Positions 48,355-62,700 of a stretch of 64,000 nucleotides of DNA are shown piece after piece. Source of the DNA: Lepidodermella squamata (Eukaryota; Animalia; Gastrotricha); NCBI GenBank assembly GCA_047495785.1, contig JBLDXI010000010.1, forward strand, positions 2,170,001 through 2,234,000. Direction: 5' to 3'. Both the position numbers and the translations under genes were made by a program. The notes beneath the pieces were generated by a model. It was not told the DNA's origin and searched no databases. It was given only the letters and a program-made list of their open reading frames with translations. Position 1 is the first letter of the stretch. Every line of letters starts with the position of its first letter.

Positions 48355-51300
48355 TTAAGACGTTGTTTTTTTGAAAGTTTCGCATGCAATAGCATTGAAA
48401 GGGTAGTCGCAGCTGATGTTGTCGAGATAGTAGTTCTGGGGGTAGGTTTTGAAGGCCGAGTAGAACCTGTAAGCGGTACATGCGCCTTCACCCTGAGGCT
48501 CATCAAAGGAATCCGTGCCGCCCCACTGCCGTTCAGGTGCAAGCGGCCAGAAGTTCGTGCCATCGACCCACGCGTAGCTGTTCGAGCCATCGTCAAGCAA
48601 ACGCAGGCCAATCATTGCCGTGATTTGTTGACCGCCGTTGTTGAGGAAGCCCCTTAAAATGCTCTGCTCAACTGCTGTTTTGACGGTGGCCAACTGGCCG
48701 CCGTTTTGCTCACACATCCGCTGGCCTTCCTCGAACGAACCGATTGTCTCGCTCAGTCTGATAAGAGAATAAACCTTTTGCGCCTTCACGCAGCTGGGCC
48801 TGTCAGGAAAAAGCGTGTCCGACGGCATCTGACGTTCGCCGAATCCACACTCTAAGAAGGACATAATAGAAAATACATTAGGTCGGAAAGAATCGGAAAA
48901 TTGTGCTGAAGTCTGATAATTGTAAAAAGAAACAGAACGAAAAGAAATTACCCAAAGCGCGGCAAGAAACTCTGGTTTTACTTATGCACCTAGCATATCC
49001 AGACTGAAAGAAACAGGCACAAGTTTCAATAGAACAACAGCATGTTACGTATATATTATGTTGTAAAACCTACCCTTTGATACAAAAGAGTTTCGCAGGC
49101 AAGACCGGTGTTATCATCGTAGCAATCGGCTGCTTCGAGGTAGAGGTCATTATGCCAGGTTCCAGGAACACCAGTTCTGCGCATTATAGCGCACGTTGGC
49201 CCTGAAATAATTTAAAATGTATCAATTTGTCGAGTGGGGCTTTCCAATCGGAATTTGAATTAAAATTACTGTATTCAGCTTTTGAGCGTAAAATTGTAAC
49301 TTTGCAAACCTCCTGGCGGTCTCACCGGCGATGCGTTCAACCCGGTGAAAAGGTCCACCGTATCCCCAGATTGCCATCTGTACTCCGAATTGTTGTCAGA
49401 AGCCATGCCAATCCATAAAGAATCGATGCCTTGAGCAGCGCGGCGCAATCTGTACAAATCAGCGGAATTGTAAATAGAGGCCAACTGGCCGCCTGAGAGA
49501 GTGCAAAGAGCTGCAGCCTCCTTGAAACGCCGGGGAAAAATCGAAACACGGAGAGGGGTGTAAACTCGATCGGCTTTATAGCAGTGATTCATCGTCAAGT
49601 AAGCTTGCGCCCTCGGAAACTGCTCCTCTGCCGGCAAGCACTCTTATAGTTAACAAAAGAAATCAGTCGCATAATTGGAATACTAGACCGCGGGAGAACT
49701 TACTGCTAATTGCTGGCACGCACCGCGAGATTCCGGTTGATTTGTCGATGCAGCGAATCACGCCATAATTTGGCGGCAAGCTTGGCGAAGAAGACGGCGA
49801 AGAAGACGAAGAAGAGGAAGGCGATTTCATCGTCTCGCAGATCGCAGCCGAATATAAGTTTTGAAATGAGCAGGGAACGTCATTCATGGAGTAAGCACCG
49901 GCGTAGGTCTGCATCCCGGCGCAATTTTCTGGAGGACTGCCTATAAGGTATTCAAATTCTTAGACTAGTTCTAAAAAAGTTTATTTAATTCGCACAAAAT
50001 GAGAAATCACTCATTTCTGGCAATTTTTTCGAACAAATCTTACCATTGGGCTCTCCGGAACCCCAAATGCTGAAATCCCCTTGGAATGGCGCACCATCGA
50101 CCCACTGGTATATGCTATTGTTGTTGACGAGGCCCAGCCAGCCGGCTTCCGGTTGTTGGATAACCGTAGTCGCGAAAGTCCTCAACGCAGCCAGATCATT
50201 CGCAGTCACCACAGTAGCTGGCTGGCCGCCCTTGGCGTAGCACAGCTGAAAAGCGCTTTCAAACGTGTTGACTGGGAACGATTGAGAACCGACGTAGAAG
50301 TCTTTGACGGCGGACTCGCAGTCGGCCTGCGTCGCGAAGCCGACATCAACAGGCATTTGCCTCTCGAAAGCTTTATCGCAGCCTATCAACAGAAAACTGA
50401 GGAATCTCGTGCGCGTGACGGAAATATGTTACCTTGAGTTGCAGGGACGCATCTCTTCCACGAGCCAGAGCGCGAATTAACACATCGTACAAAACCTGTT
50501 ACCTATTAACCCAAGATTATGCGGCGATTGCGTCACTGTTAGCAGGCTCACCGGAGGGTCGTAAGTTTCACAAATTACGGAACGAATGAAGCCGTTGGGA
50601 TCTTCACAATCCATGGGGGCGAGATAATAATCACTTGGAACATCATCGATTTCAAGCACGTGATTGAATGCAGAGCACTTGCCATTTGGAAACATTTGGA
50701 AAACGCCTGTTGTAACAACAGAAATTCGACTGCTTTTTAACTTGGAGTTTAGAGATTAAAGAGTCTTTATTAACGTCTCTATTTTAAATAAAGCACTTTC
50801 GAGTTCTGCCCTGGTAGGCCCGTTCCAGCTTATAACCTAGACTACTAAGTAGCCCGCTGAGAATCAGTTTTACTGCTGGTAGCCAACTGAGAATCGGTTT
50901 CACTGATCTTCTTACCTGCGGGTATCCGGAGGCCAGAAGGGAGATTTTCCACCGATGAGCCGTCATGCCACCTTTCACCGTTATCATCACGGATAATACC
51001 GCCCCAAGCCGAGAACCTACCAGTGCCGACCAGGCCGTTCGCGTAAAGAACCGCTCTAACTTGTTCCAACTCGGCTGCGCTTTTTATCGTCGCCACCTGT
51101 CCACCACTGGATCTGCACCGCTGTTTCGCTGTACGAAAATTTAGTATGCTCATGAACTCAATATATCATAAAATAGAGTAGAGAGTTATTAGGAGACACG
51201 TGCGTGGACATAATGTGTGGTGAAATCAGGAGTCATAAAGCTTATCATAAATTTCAAATTATTAGCGCTGCCTTTTCTTCAATTTGAATGGTAATTCCAG

Positions 51301-54300
51301 GAAAAGATTCGTCTGCCCGGCCAAGATCGATGCAAACAGCGCATGCGATTTAATGTTAGGTATGTATCTTTCCTATTTAACGCGGTCCTTTCTTGTAATT
51401 CGGTATTACTTTAGCTTCTAACCTTTTCTGCATAAGATGTGATCATCGTTGAACCTAAGGCAGGGCTTCTCAACGCCTCACCCTTGGCGACCCAAAATTC
51501 AAAATTTTTTACAAGGCTGTGAGCTGTGACCCTGTTTGCGATTTTCCCTCCCCCTCCCCCTTCCAGCTCGGCCGGGCCAGACAACAAAATGAGAATTTAT
51601 CCCACTGTTTTGTTAATTTTTGAAGGCTCTGGAGCGTGTTTTAGTAGAAAATATCCAAAATTTTCTCGCTTCGCTTGGTTATTAGCCGAAATGACCCGTC
51701 AATTTCGGCAAATACAGCACACAATTTTTTCCATCCATGTGAGCTCGGGGATCGAACATCGCACCCTGCTGTGACCCCTAATATTTCCATACCATCTTTT
51801 ATAGTTTTTCAGCGCGATAGAGTATTATCTGAACTTTATTTCGATATAAAAACCGTCTCGATCTCCGAAATTAGCTCTTTGACATCACCACGCGCGGCCA
51901 CTTTTCTTAAAAAGTTTCTTACAAATTTTGACTTATCGTTCGCGTAAAAGTCCAGTTTTACCCTCTGATTGGGCAGTCATTGTTGGCGTCGCGCACGGAA
52001 CTAAGCGGGATTCGGAGTTGAGCTAATTTTTTGCAAAGTGATGATTCCTAATTTGTGCAAAAAGATCACACCAAGACCTTTAAATTTCGGGGATGTGTAA
52101 AATATCTAGGAAATTTAAAGGTTTTTCGTAGCTAAGCTTTGGTATCGCATATAAAGCTTTAAATAAAAAAGTCCCAATATTCAGGACAGCACTATGGCGT
52201 TGGTAAAACTGGGATATTTTATGAAGTCTGTCATGGGATATTTCGATAAAGAATAAGCTTTTTAACCATCCGTAAGTGAATCGATAGCGACGAAATCATC
52301 GTTAGCAGCATAGAAGCGTTTCACAGCATTGACGCAGTCAGCTTTTGATGCAAATTCACGATTCGGCATTTTATAAAAACCAGCGAAACCACTACCACAT
52401 CCTGTTAGATACATAACAATTATAAATCGAGAACGAATGCAAAATGTTATACGTTTATACCTGTATCTGTAGGAACGCAGGTGACCGTGCCTCCATGTTT
52501 GCTGTCGATGCATCGAATATGTTTGACATCTGTGTCGAGAGGCTGAGGTATCTAATGCAGAATTTTTTACAAAAACATATAGATAATCCAAATTCGATAC
52601 TTTCCGACACATCACATTCGTAAAAGGTTTATATCTGAACTCTAGGATACAGCAGTTATCTTGCTATCTCACCTCGTCGCCAAATGTTTCGCAAAATATA
52701 GCACGGCTTGAACCTGCGAAGAGGCAATCGGCATTTGTCATGCCTTCAGGCGTGTAAACGCCGCAACCTAATTTCCCAAACGGCGTCAAAGGACTGCCAT
52801 CTCGCCATTTGCTGAAAGTCATCGGCACGCCATCTACCCAGACAAAACGAGCGCCGTTGTGTTTCAGCCCAACCCAACCGGCTGCCACATCGTTTGCCTC
52901 CATGAATTTCAGCATCATTTCATGCTCTTCCAAGCTTTTCACAGTGGCTAATTGTCCGTTCACAGCCAAGCACTGGAGATTCGCATCGGCGTAGCTACCT
53001 GTCGCTGGTATCAGGAAGTAAGACTTCTTCGCATTGAGGCAATCGGACTGCGTAAGAAAAATTCTGTTTCTCGGCATAATATTACTCAGCGAACCGGAAC
53101 ACCCTATAAGCATATATTGAAACTAGTTGAGCAAAACGTATCAGATAGCAGAACTATTTTCATTCGCCAAGAAACAGGATACGGTTCCAGCTGCGTTGAT
53201 GCTAATGCAACGAGCGTATCCGATCTTAAAAGCAAAACATCAGCAGTTCGCTAAATTTGCTGGGCTCTGAAATGACTTACATAATTCACGCATTTCTCAT
53301 TGTTCTCCGCGGCGAATTTTGATAGGCTAAATACTGCCATCTGCGAATAGAGATTTCAGTAATTTTGCCAAAGAATCGCGCTAATTATTTTCGAACCTCC
53401 GTCTCAGATGAAGAGTCGCACGCATCGGTAGTACATCGGAACTGCGAACCGTCATTTTTTGCGCAATATCGAACACTCTGTTAGGCAGAAAGATTTTACG
53501 GAAAATATAGGGTGATTTCGAGGATGAGCTTACTCCAGTCGCGCATGCGTCAATGCTACTGAAGACATTCCTGTCGAATTCTCTCTGAAGTTTGATTATT
53601 TACATTAATTCGGGGTTTAATCTCGGTAATTATTCACTTACGAGGCCGGCTGAGCATCCGGGTGTCTTTGGAGCGCAGACGAAATTTCTTTGATCGGAAT
53701 CGATACATCGAATCAGTTCAACCTGAAAGTTGATCACGAAACATTTTCTCCATTTTGGATAAAGCAAACAAAGCGTTGCAAAATTCAAAATTAGGCAAAC
53801 TCCTTCGGGTTTGACTTGGCCTGATTTATGGTTGGCTTTTGTATTGATACTACGTCCTTCCGAGTAGTTTGCGCGGAATTGCGAAAATCGAAGTTCTTCG
53901 ATGATTGTAACTCACGTTAGCCTTGCACAGGCCCACGGCCGGGTTGTAGTTGTTTTCGAGCCTGTCGAAATCTCTGTACCATAGAATCTTGAAATCGGAG
54001 GTTAAATACAATATTAAGGATAATATGAGATTACCCATACCCCGGTAAACCCAGTTGGACAGCCGTAATCGAGTGAAGTCAACTTGTATTCATTCGTGTC
54101 CTTGTTGAAGCAACAAACTGCAAACTGTAAGGTTCAACTTAACAAACTTGAATTCACGATGCGAAGAAGAACTAACTCCATTGATGCATGCGTCCACGGT
54201 CTGGTAGTATTTTATCGGGGTAGCCGGGTCAATGGGCGTTAACTTTAGAGAAAGACAGTGAACGAATATATGTCATCATTTATTTATAAATGACTTCGGT

Positions 54301-57300
54301 TAAAGGATCAGCGCAGCCTGGCAATTGCTCGCAGCCTATGAATTGCCCCGTGATCTTAGAAATGCACCGGGTGTACGGTGCTGTAAAGATTCGATGGTTT
54401 AATGAAAAATACGAAATAATTAGATCTTACTGCACTCTGGTACGGTGCAAAAGCCGATGGTATCACTGTTGATGTAGCAGAAAACGCTGCCTTTGCTCGT
54501 GGGGTAGCGGCAAGCAGCACCGGCAGCTTGTAAACCGCCCCTTGGAAAGAGAAGGGGATCTTTGGAAGGGGTGTTAGCCCAAGACAAGCACTGCTGGTTA
54601 TCTCGCGTCTTCGACATGGAGCCCTCGTAGTCGTAACCAGTACTCGTGAATTTGCATTGCCTAGTAAGCGATGTCGCTTTCTGGCCACCACAAGTCGCGT
54701 AAACAACCATCGAGAACCCGATTCTCGTAGATATATCGCCATAGTATAAAGTCGGGTCGTGGAACAACCGCACGATCGCCATTTTGTTGTTAGTCTCAAA
54801 CAAGCGGCCAGCTTTTACGGTGCTCATGCAGATCCTAAAATGTCACGATGTCATGAAAATTGTTGATAAATCAACAGCGTACTTGTTCGTTGGGCGGGCA
54901 AAGCTTTGGGATCTAACCTCCAGGTAACTCCAACAGCCGTCCTCTTGAAAATTAGAAACGGTAGTTGCAAATTGTTGGCTCTTTTGTTCAAATGTTCAAA
55001 CCATCTCCGCCAAGATCCGGAGCTGCCCCAAAAGCGAATATCAAGCCGTCTCCAGTGGTCGTGACATTCCAAAAGCATTCGCCCTTATTGTACTCTTTCC
55101 ACATAAGCCGTAAGGCTGCTGTACCGCAAGGTCTAACAACGATCGAGCCGCCGACGCAATCAGGTATAGTGGAATCAGCTATACGTTCGCAAAATTGACC
55201 AGCGAATCCGGGCGGGCACAAGCATGAGTTGCACGTACTTGGGTTGAGATACCCGTCGTTCATACAAGCCATATTCTGTGACGGACACTTCAGAACTGGA
55301 AATGGCACAATAAACTATCGGCTACATATTTATTTATGACAATGGCTTCTCAAAAAATTCAATGGAAAAAATCAGCCTTAGCTCTGAATTTGAAACTATT
55401 TTGTAGTGATCCAACTGGGTCCAGCTCTGTTAATCGAGCCATTTTGGGCCTAAAATTGGCAAATTAACAGGGGAACCCTTACGTTTCTTAGAAATTCCCA
55501 GAAGCCAGACGGGTTAGGGGTTTGTTTACTCCCTTACCCCTCGTACTCGGAGTACTGGTAGTGGCTGGGTAGGTTAGCGCTTCCAGGGCGGACTGCCTCC
55601 TCTCTCCTCGCAGATCCGTCACCACAGGTTCCGGTCGCTGGCCGAGACCTGCGCCGATGGCCGAAGCCAAATCTCGCGCCAAATCTCGACCCACTAAGTA
55701 CTTCTACGCCGCCAAACCGCCCGTTTGCCCTGGCCGGAAACTTTAGGATTTACGTTGTAAGAAATAATAGCATCTGCGATCTTTCAACGGCGCATTAATT
55801 AAATTCTTGAATTTTGTTTTTTGAACCACAACAGTTTGATGAAAAAAAATTGAACTATTCACGATTTTTTCAAATTTCCGTACACCTTTTACAGTGACTG
55901 ACACTATATAATCACAATCTCGTAAAAAAAGAAAAGTCTCGTAGAGACGCGCCAGCTCCGGGGCCAGAAAAAGGTGGAAGAAACCATAAAGGGGACACTT
56001 CCGTTTCTTCCGATGGGCCTAGAAAACACCTCAGCTCCAGGATCCAGCACTGAATCAGGATTGTGCCAAAATGTAAAAACTCGTGGTTTCTACGTGTTTA
56101 AATTTTAAACGTATAAATATGTAAAATGAGATGTAAAAACATGTAAAAAGCTGAGAGGGGTTTATCCCCCACATCTCATTGAACTTCGACTTTTAGCCAG
56201 TTTTAGTGACCTCACCCCTAGATTAGCTATAATATTCGGTACTATATCACAGAAACCGAAGAAAACGCGAACAATTAAAGGAGCTAAGCTGTATAATCGC
56301 GAAAAACACGGTAAAATCGGTAAAAAATCCCGAACATCCCGAAAATCGCATAGACAAAAAAAATCGCGATCGATATTAGTTTTTACTTGTTTTAACATGT
56401 TTCTTTAACATGTGAGGAACTAGTGGAGAAATCTACAGTGGAACCCCGATTTCCCGTCACCTGATTTACCGTCTGACGCGAAATGGCGATATATAAATAT
56501 TTAGGAGCGTCTTTGACCCGCAGAGTGCAATTACATGCAAAACTACCTAGATTTTCCGTCAGGATTTTCGTGGAACCGCAGAAGACGGGAAATCGGGGTT
56601 CCACTGTATGAAAAAGGCCGTCCGTATGATTTGAATACCTTTCAAGAAAAATGAGGATGTAACTATGGCTCACCTTTGCAATGGTAGTGGAGATTAATTT
56701 TTTGGAAGTCAAGGAACGATATGAATTGCGTCTGGCCGAGATTGTACTGCTCACGAGGATCACGCGTTAGAAACGTGGGCTTGGTCGGATTGCTTTTCCA
56801 GTACCAACTCGGGTGCGTACTCGACTCGGTGTCGTAGAAAGTGCCGTAGCTGTTGTCGTTGTTATCAATTGCGAACAACGCTGCTGAATCTCTAGGTTAG
56901 TCGCTTGGTTTTATGTTTACACAATCATTTTAATTGAATCAGAGACTTACGCTCGGACGTTTGCATTCTGCACTGTGACAAAGGCTTCTCGATCTACCCG
57001 CACGTGCTCATAGTTCTGAAAAATAAAGCAATAACAAAAAAAGTATATCACAGCATAACTTACCAATCCAAGGGCTCGGCCTATCAGGGCAGCAATTTTC
57101 ACGTTCTGAAAGTAAAAAGTGATAAAGAGCTCAAATCGGGGTGTCGATATCAAAACCATACGTCATGAAAGCACTCGCGCCCGAGAATAATATTATTTGG
57201 CGGCGAAGTCATGCCAACTTTCGCGAAGCAGCTGCAAAATTGATTGTAAATGAAAAATAATTTCAAAAAATTCGGAGTTTTCACTCTTGGCCTAATTTGA

Positions 57301-57688
57301 ATATCATCACGTTCGGCGTAGTGTCATCGAAGTCCGGTGACCATGGGTCTGGCAGCGCAGTGAACGTTATACAGGTGGATCGAGACCAAATAGCCATCGC
57401 TGCTTCAATGTGTGCAACGTATAAACCTTCAAACACAACATATACATAAATTATCAAAAATTAAAATTCAAAAAATAAGTTTTTCTAAAAATCTTCGGTT
57501 CGAGAATATTGAACGGAAATAAGATTTTCCAAATTATGAACTGAATTTGGCTTACCCAAATGAGTCGTATCAATGATGTATTTCACGGTGGCATTCGGCC
57601 ATATCCCAGCATTCTTCGGTATACCTTGTACTGGGCCGATTAGCCCATAAGCGACACAACAGATTGACAAGAGATGAAACGCGTTCAT
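48355..57688 (-). CDS. Secreted multidomain protein: inactive astacin - EGF - CUB-like - kringle - Cys modules - 5 C-type lectin domains
   Basis: Signal peptide MNAFHLLSICCVAYG, astacin WPNATVKY, EHVRVDRE, SFLDFQKINLHYHC; EGF CMNDGYLNPSTCNSCLCPPGFAGQFCE; kringle TGYDYEGSMSKTRDNQQCLSW...CRYP; CTLDs with GQLAT and WVGL/WIGM. Many short introns; the exon model is incomplete. Confidence 0.7.
56436..56606. mobile_element. Tc1/mariner-type MITE in an intron
   Basis: TA-CAGTGGAACCCCGATTTCCCGTC ... GACGGGAAATCGGGGTTCCACTG-TA. Confidence 0.9.
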
Positions 57689-58399
57689 AAGCTCGCCCAA
57701 TTTTAAATCGAACTATACACACCGATGAAAAATGGAGAATTTTTGAATACAAAAAATACGATTTATGAATGGATTTTAATTTAACTGCGCAGGTCGCCTG
57801 AAAAACAACGCGTGCTTCACGTGCGCTGTTTACGGACGATAACGGACGAGCGTCCAGTGACAAATAGGTCATTTCAAAAAGCCAATGCCAATACAAAAAA
57901 GGAAGATCCACGTCAACTATTTGTTATTCGACTTGAATTTCGATGACGTCAATTGAATTCGATACTTCATTTGAAAGATAGCAAATGATAAAAACGTCGC
58001 AATAATTTCACCGTAATCTGGGAGACAGACTAGTGTATTCAAGATTCAAGCAACTTTGGTCGTAAAAAATAAAATAGGGGGACCCTTTTGTCATAAAATT
58101 GGGAATCACTGCTCCCTGTACCCCCCTAGTTTGAGGATCCTACTTTGCTTACTGAACTGGAAAGCTTCTGAATGCGACGCAATTACGGCCGTTATGCTCA
58201 AGGCCGATGTTTGAGTGTTTAAAGTTAAAGTTGAGTGTTTATTTTGAAAAATTTGCCACCAAGCGTATGGCTGACCGGACTGATCTCGGGGTCTCGCGGG
58301 GCATCGCCCTCCTATTAATGCCCAGCTAGGTGGTTCGTCGGGTCACCTTGTGCCGCATAAGGAACCAGATTCTCGCCCGCTTCGTTGGTGCATCGACCT

Positions 58400-58540
58400 G
58401 TCTCCTGTGGAACACTCCGTCGCTTATTAATCGCGTCGACGCCAAGAAGGCTTTCGAAAGCGTACACCGCGAAACCTTGTGGAAGGTCATCCATCACAAC
58501 GGCGTCCAGGATACACTTGTATGACTCAACGCCATGTTCT
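58400..58540 (+). mobile_element. Degenerate RTE-like reverse transcriptase fragment
   Basis: VDAKKAFESVHRETLWKVI resembles the RT motif D-x-x-KAFDSV. Confidence 0.55.
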
Positions 58541-59792
58541 ACCCCGGCTTAGAGTGCCGTGTGTGATGTAGGCTGGAGTTGAAACATAGAGCGAAGTAGG
58601 ACCGCGGAATTGATGGGGATAACAAAAATCGACATAATGGTCCCCCTTTGGTCTTTGACTGAGCTCATCGTAGGGAAAGATGGAACTGACAGGGATGATC
58701 CCAACCATCACTAGCGGTACTTCGCTCTCTGAGTTGACAGTGAGAGCTTTGCATCATACTGCGGTGCCCCGAGGACGGGGGTTAAACAAACCCCTTTTTC
58801 GTTGGAAAAAATCCGAAAATCGTGAGGTTGCAGGCATCAGCCTGGCATTTGGCATTAGACTCGTTCAGACTGATTCGGCCAATAGCTTCAGTGGAGTGTT
58901 GAGTGGCAAAAGCTTTGGAAGCCTGACACATTGGTTTCGTCGCGGCTCGTACAAGCAGATGACGCAAGGGAAACCACCGTCTTTACGCTCTCCGATGTGA
59001 GGCCAGATGGAAAGGAACAGAGAAACGGAATCTCGCGAAAAGTTCTTCCTTTTTCTACACGGTGGGGGATCAGCATCGCTAAAAGTTAATCTTTGACCCG
59101 TGCACTGATTGGTCAATTTATTGTTGCTATGACTCCGGGATGAAACAAGTCGTGCGATCCTTTAAACAATTATTTTCTATTTATATGCAAGAAATGACCT
59201 GGCCACGAAGGACTATTGCCTTATCAACGCAATCACCGACCGTGAAACTGGAAAGGCAGGAATAAAATGCTGAAACCCAAGGTTTATCGTCCCGTAACTT
59301 TTAGATCACGACAAATCATGCACGAATCTCAACAAGGATCAGGAAAATGCTTTTATTTTGAAAGCTTTTTGTTTGTTTTCAATCTGTCCTCAACTCCAGG
59401 TAGCAATTTGAAAATAATTTCGATCTGAGAAATTTTATTTCAAAATAAATGTCAACCACACTCTTCCAGAAAAGGTCCAGCCTATCGGTTGTCCATCTGT
59501 TTCAAGGATATCATTTCTTTCACATCCGTTGTGTCACCTTGTAAGTTTCGATCCGTAACCGTGAGAGCTTAAAATATGGGGTTTTCGAATTATTTCTCCC
59601 AACTTTTTCCTCTATCGAAGTAGCGCGTGTCAACATTGTAGCGCCCTTAACATTTTGGGCTTCAATAAGTTAAAGAGTCATCATATGTAGCAGCATCAGA
59701 GCAATTTTATTTCAAATTTAGTTCAATTAAATAAGACTTTTTCCGAAAAAGTTCAGATATAATCAGCCTATTTTAGTCCATCCTTAGTCCTT

Positions 59793-62700
59793 TTAAGACG
59801 ATGTCTTTTTGTAAGTCTCGCACGCAATGGCGTTGAAAGGGTAGTCGCAGCTGATGTTGTCGAGATAATAGTTCTGGGGGTATTTTTGGAAGGCCGAGTA
59901 GAACCTGTAAGCGCCGCACGCGCCAACATCCAGAGGCTCATCGGCGTCATCCGTCCCGCCCCACTGCCGGTCAAACGGGTCGAAATCCGTCCCATCGACC
60001 CAGCCGTAGCGGTTGGTGCCATCGTCAAGCATACGCAAGCCAACAATGGCCGTAATTCGTTGAGTGCCGCTGTTGAGAAATCCCCTTAGCAGGTTCTGCT
60101 CCACTGCTGTTTTGACGGTGGCCAACTGGCCGCCACTTTGCTCACACATCCGCCGGGCTTCCTCGAACGAACCGACTGTCTCATTCAGTCTGATAAGAGA
60201 GTAAACCTTTTGCGCCTTCACGCAGCTGGGCCTGTCTGGAAAAAACGTGTCCGATGGCATCTGAGTTTCGCCAAACCCGCAGCCTGATGACAAATGATAA
60301 CAAATGCAATTTCTTAAATACGCCATTCATATTGTCATTATTCAATCTTATTATAAGAATCAGCCATCTGACATTCAATTTCCCCGCAGATAGCGGAAAT
60401 ATCGACGATTCGTGCTCCCGAAACAACTTCGGAGATCATATATTTCGAGAAACCTGGCAAGCGAAACCTTGTGACCTCATCGGTAGTAACGTCGGCTCAC
60501 ATTTGAAAATTTCGCTGAATTTGCGCGAGAAGTATGACAATTCTTAGCTAGAAAGGAAAGAGAGACGACGAGAAGAAATTACCCAAAGGACGGCAAGAAA
60601 CTCTTTCTCTACCCTGGCACCTGGCATATCCAGACTGAGAACAGGCAGAAATTGTATTGAAAAGCAGCCCGCTATGTGCGTATATCAAACTTACCCTTTG
60701 ATACAGGAGAATTCCGCAGGCAACACCCGTGTTATCATCGTTGCAATCGGCTGTCTCGAGGTAGAGGTCGGTGTGCCACTTTCCAGAAACACCAGTTCTG
60801 CGCATTATGGAGCAAGTTGGCCCTGTAATAATTCAAGAAAATAAGTTATCGTATGAGCTGAGATGCTTTTATTTATTTTAATTTAATTTGAGTTTGTTTG
60901 GCTTGCAATTATGCGAACCTGTAGGCGGCCTCACGGGCGATGCGTTCAACCCAGCGAAGAGATCAGCCGGATCTCCAGATTGCCATCTGTATTCTGAATT
61001 GTTGTCAGATGCCATGCCAATCCATAAAGAATCGATGCCTTGAGCAGCGCGGCGCAATCTGTACAAATCAAACGAATTGTAAATAGAGGCCAACTGGCCG
61101 CCAGCGAGATTGCAAAGTGCTGCAGCGTCTTTGAAACGCCGCGGAACGCTCGAAACACGGAGAGCTGCGTAAACTCGATCGGCTTTCAAGCAATGATCGA
61201 CTGTCAAGTAAGCTTGGGCCCTCGGAAACTGCTCCTCTGTCGGCAAGCACTCTTATAGTTAACAAATGAAATCAGTTTCATAATTGGAATATTTGACCGC
61301 GAGAGAACTTACTGTCAATTGCTGGCACGCATCGCGAGATTCCGGTTGATTTGTCGAGGCAGCGAATCGCGCCGTACTTAGCCGGCGAGCTTGGCAAAGA
61401 AGACGGCGAAGAAGACGAAGAAGAGGAAGGCGATTTCATCGTCTCGCAGATCGCAGCCGAATATAAGTTTTGAAAAGAGCAGGGAACGTCATTCAAGGAG
61501 TAAGTACCGGCGTAGGTCTGCAGCCCGGCGCAATTTTCTGGAGGACTTCCTATAAGGTATTCAAATTCTTAGACTAGTTCTAAAAAAGTTTATTAAATTC
61601 GCACAAAATGAGAAACCACTGATTTCTGGCAATTTTTTCGAACAAATCTTACCATTGGGCTCTCCGGAACCCCAAATGCTGAAATCCCCTTGGAATGGCG
61701 CACCATCGACCCACTGGTATATGCTATTGTTGTTGACGAGGCCCAGCCAGCCGGCTTCCGGTTGTTGGATAACCGTAGTCGCGAAAGTCCTCAACGCAGC
61801 CAGATCATTCGCAGTCACCACAGTAGCTGGCTGGCCGCCCTTGGCGTAGCACAGCTGAAAAGCGCTTTCAAACGTGTTGACTGGGAACGATTGAGAACCG
61901 ACGTAGAAGTCTTTGACGGCGGACTCGCAGTCGGCCTGCGTCGCGAAGCCGACATCAACAGGCATTTGCCTCTCGAAAGCTTTATCGCAGCCTATCAACA
62001 GAAAACTGAGGAATCTCGTGCGCGTGACGGAAATATGTTACCTTGAGTTGCAGGGACGCATCTCTTCCACGAGCCAGAGCGCGAATTGACGCATCGTACA
62101 AAACCTGTTACCTATAAACCCAAGATTATGCGTCGATTGCGTCACTGTTAGCAGGCTCACCGGAGGGTCGTAAGTTTCACAAATTACGGAACGAATGAAT
62201 CCGTTGGGATCTTCACAATCCATGGGGGCGAGATAGTAATCACTTGGAACATCATCGATTTCAAGCACGTGATTGAATGCAGAGCACTTGCCATTTGGAA
62301 ACATTTGGAAAACGCCTGTTGTAACAACAGAAATTCGACTGCTTTTTAACTTGGAGTTTAGAGATTAAAGAGTCTTTATTAACGTCTCTATTTTAAATAA
62401 AGCACTTTCGAGTCCTGCCCTGGTATGCCCGTTCCAGCTTATAACCTAGACTACTGAAGTAGCCCGCTGAGAATCAGTTTTACTGCTGTTAGCCAACTGA
62501 GAATCGGTTTCACTGATGTTCTTACCTGCGGGTATCCGGAGGCCAGAAGGGAGATTTTCCACTGATGAGCCGTCATGCCACCTTTCACCGTTATCATCAC
62601 GGATAATACCGCCCCAAGCCGAGAACCTACCAGTGCCGACCAGGCCGTTCGCGTAAAGAACCGCTCTGACTTGTTCCAACTCGGCTGCGCTTTTTATCGT

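Noticed and set aside
55500-55700. GC-rich segment with weak similarity to 58740-58810, as a possible SINE or ribozyme
   Set aside because: No recognisable Pol III boxes or ribozyme core could be supported by eye.
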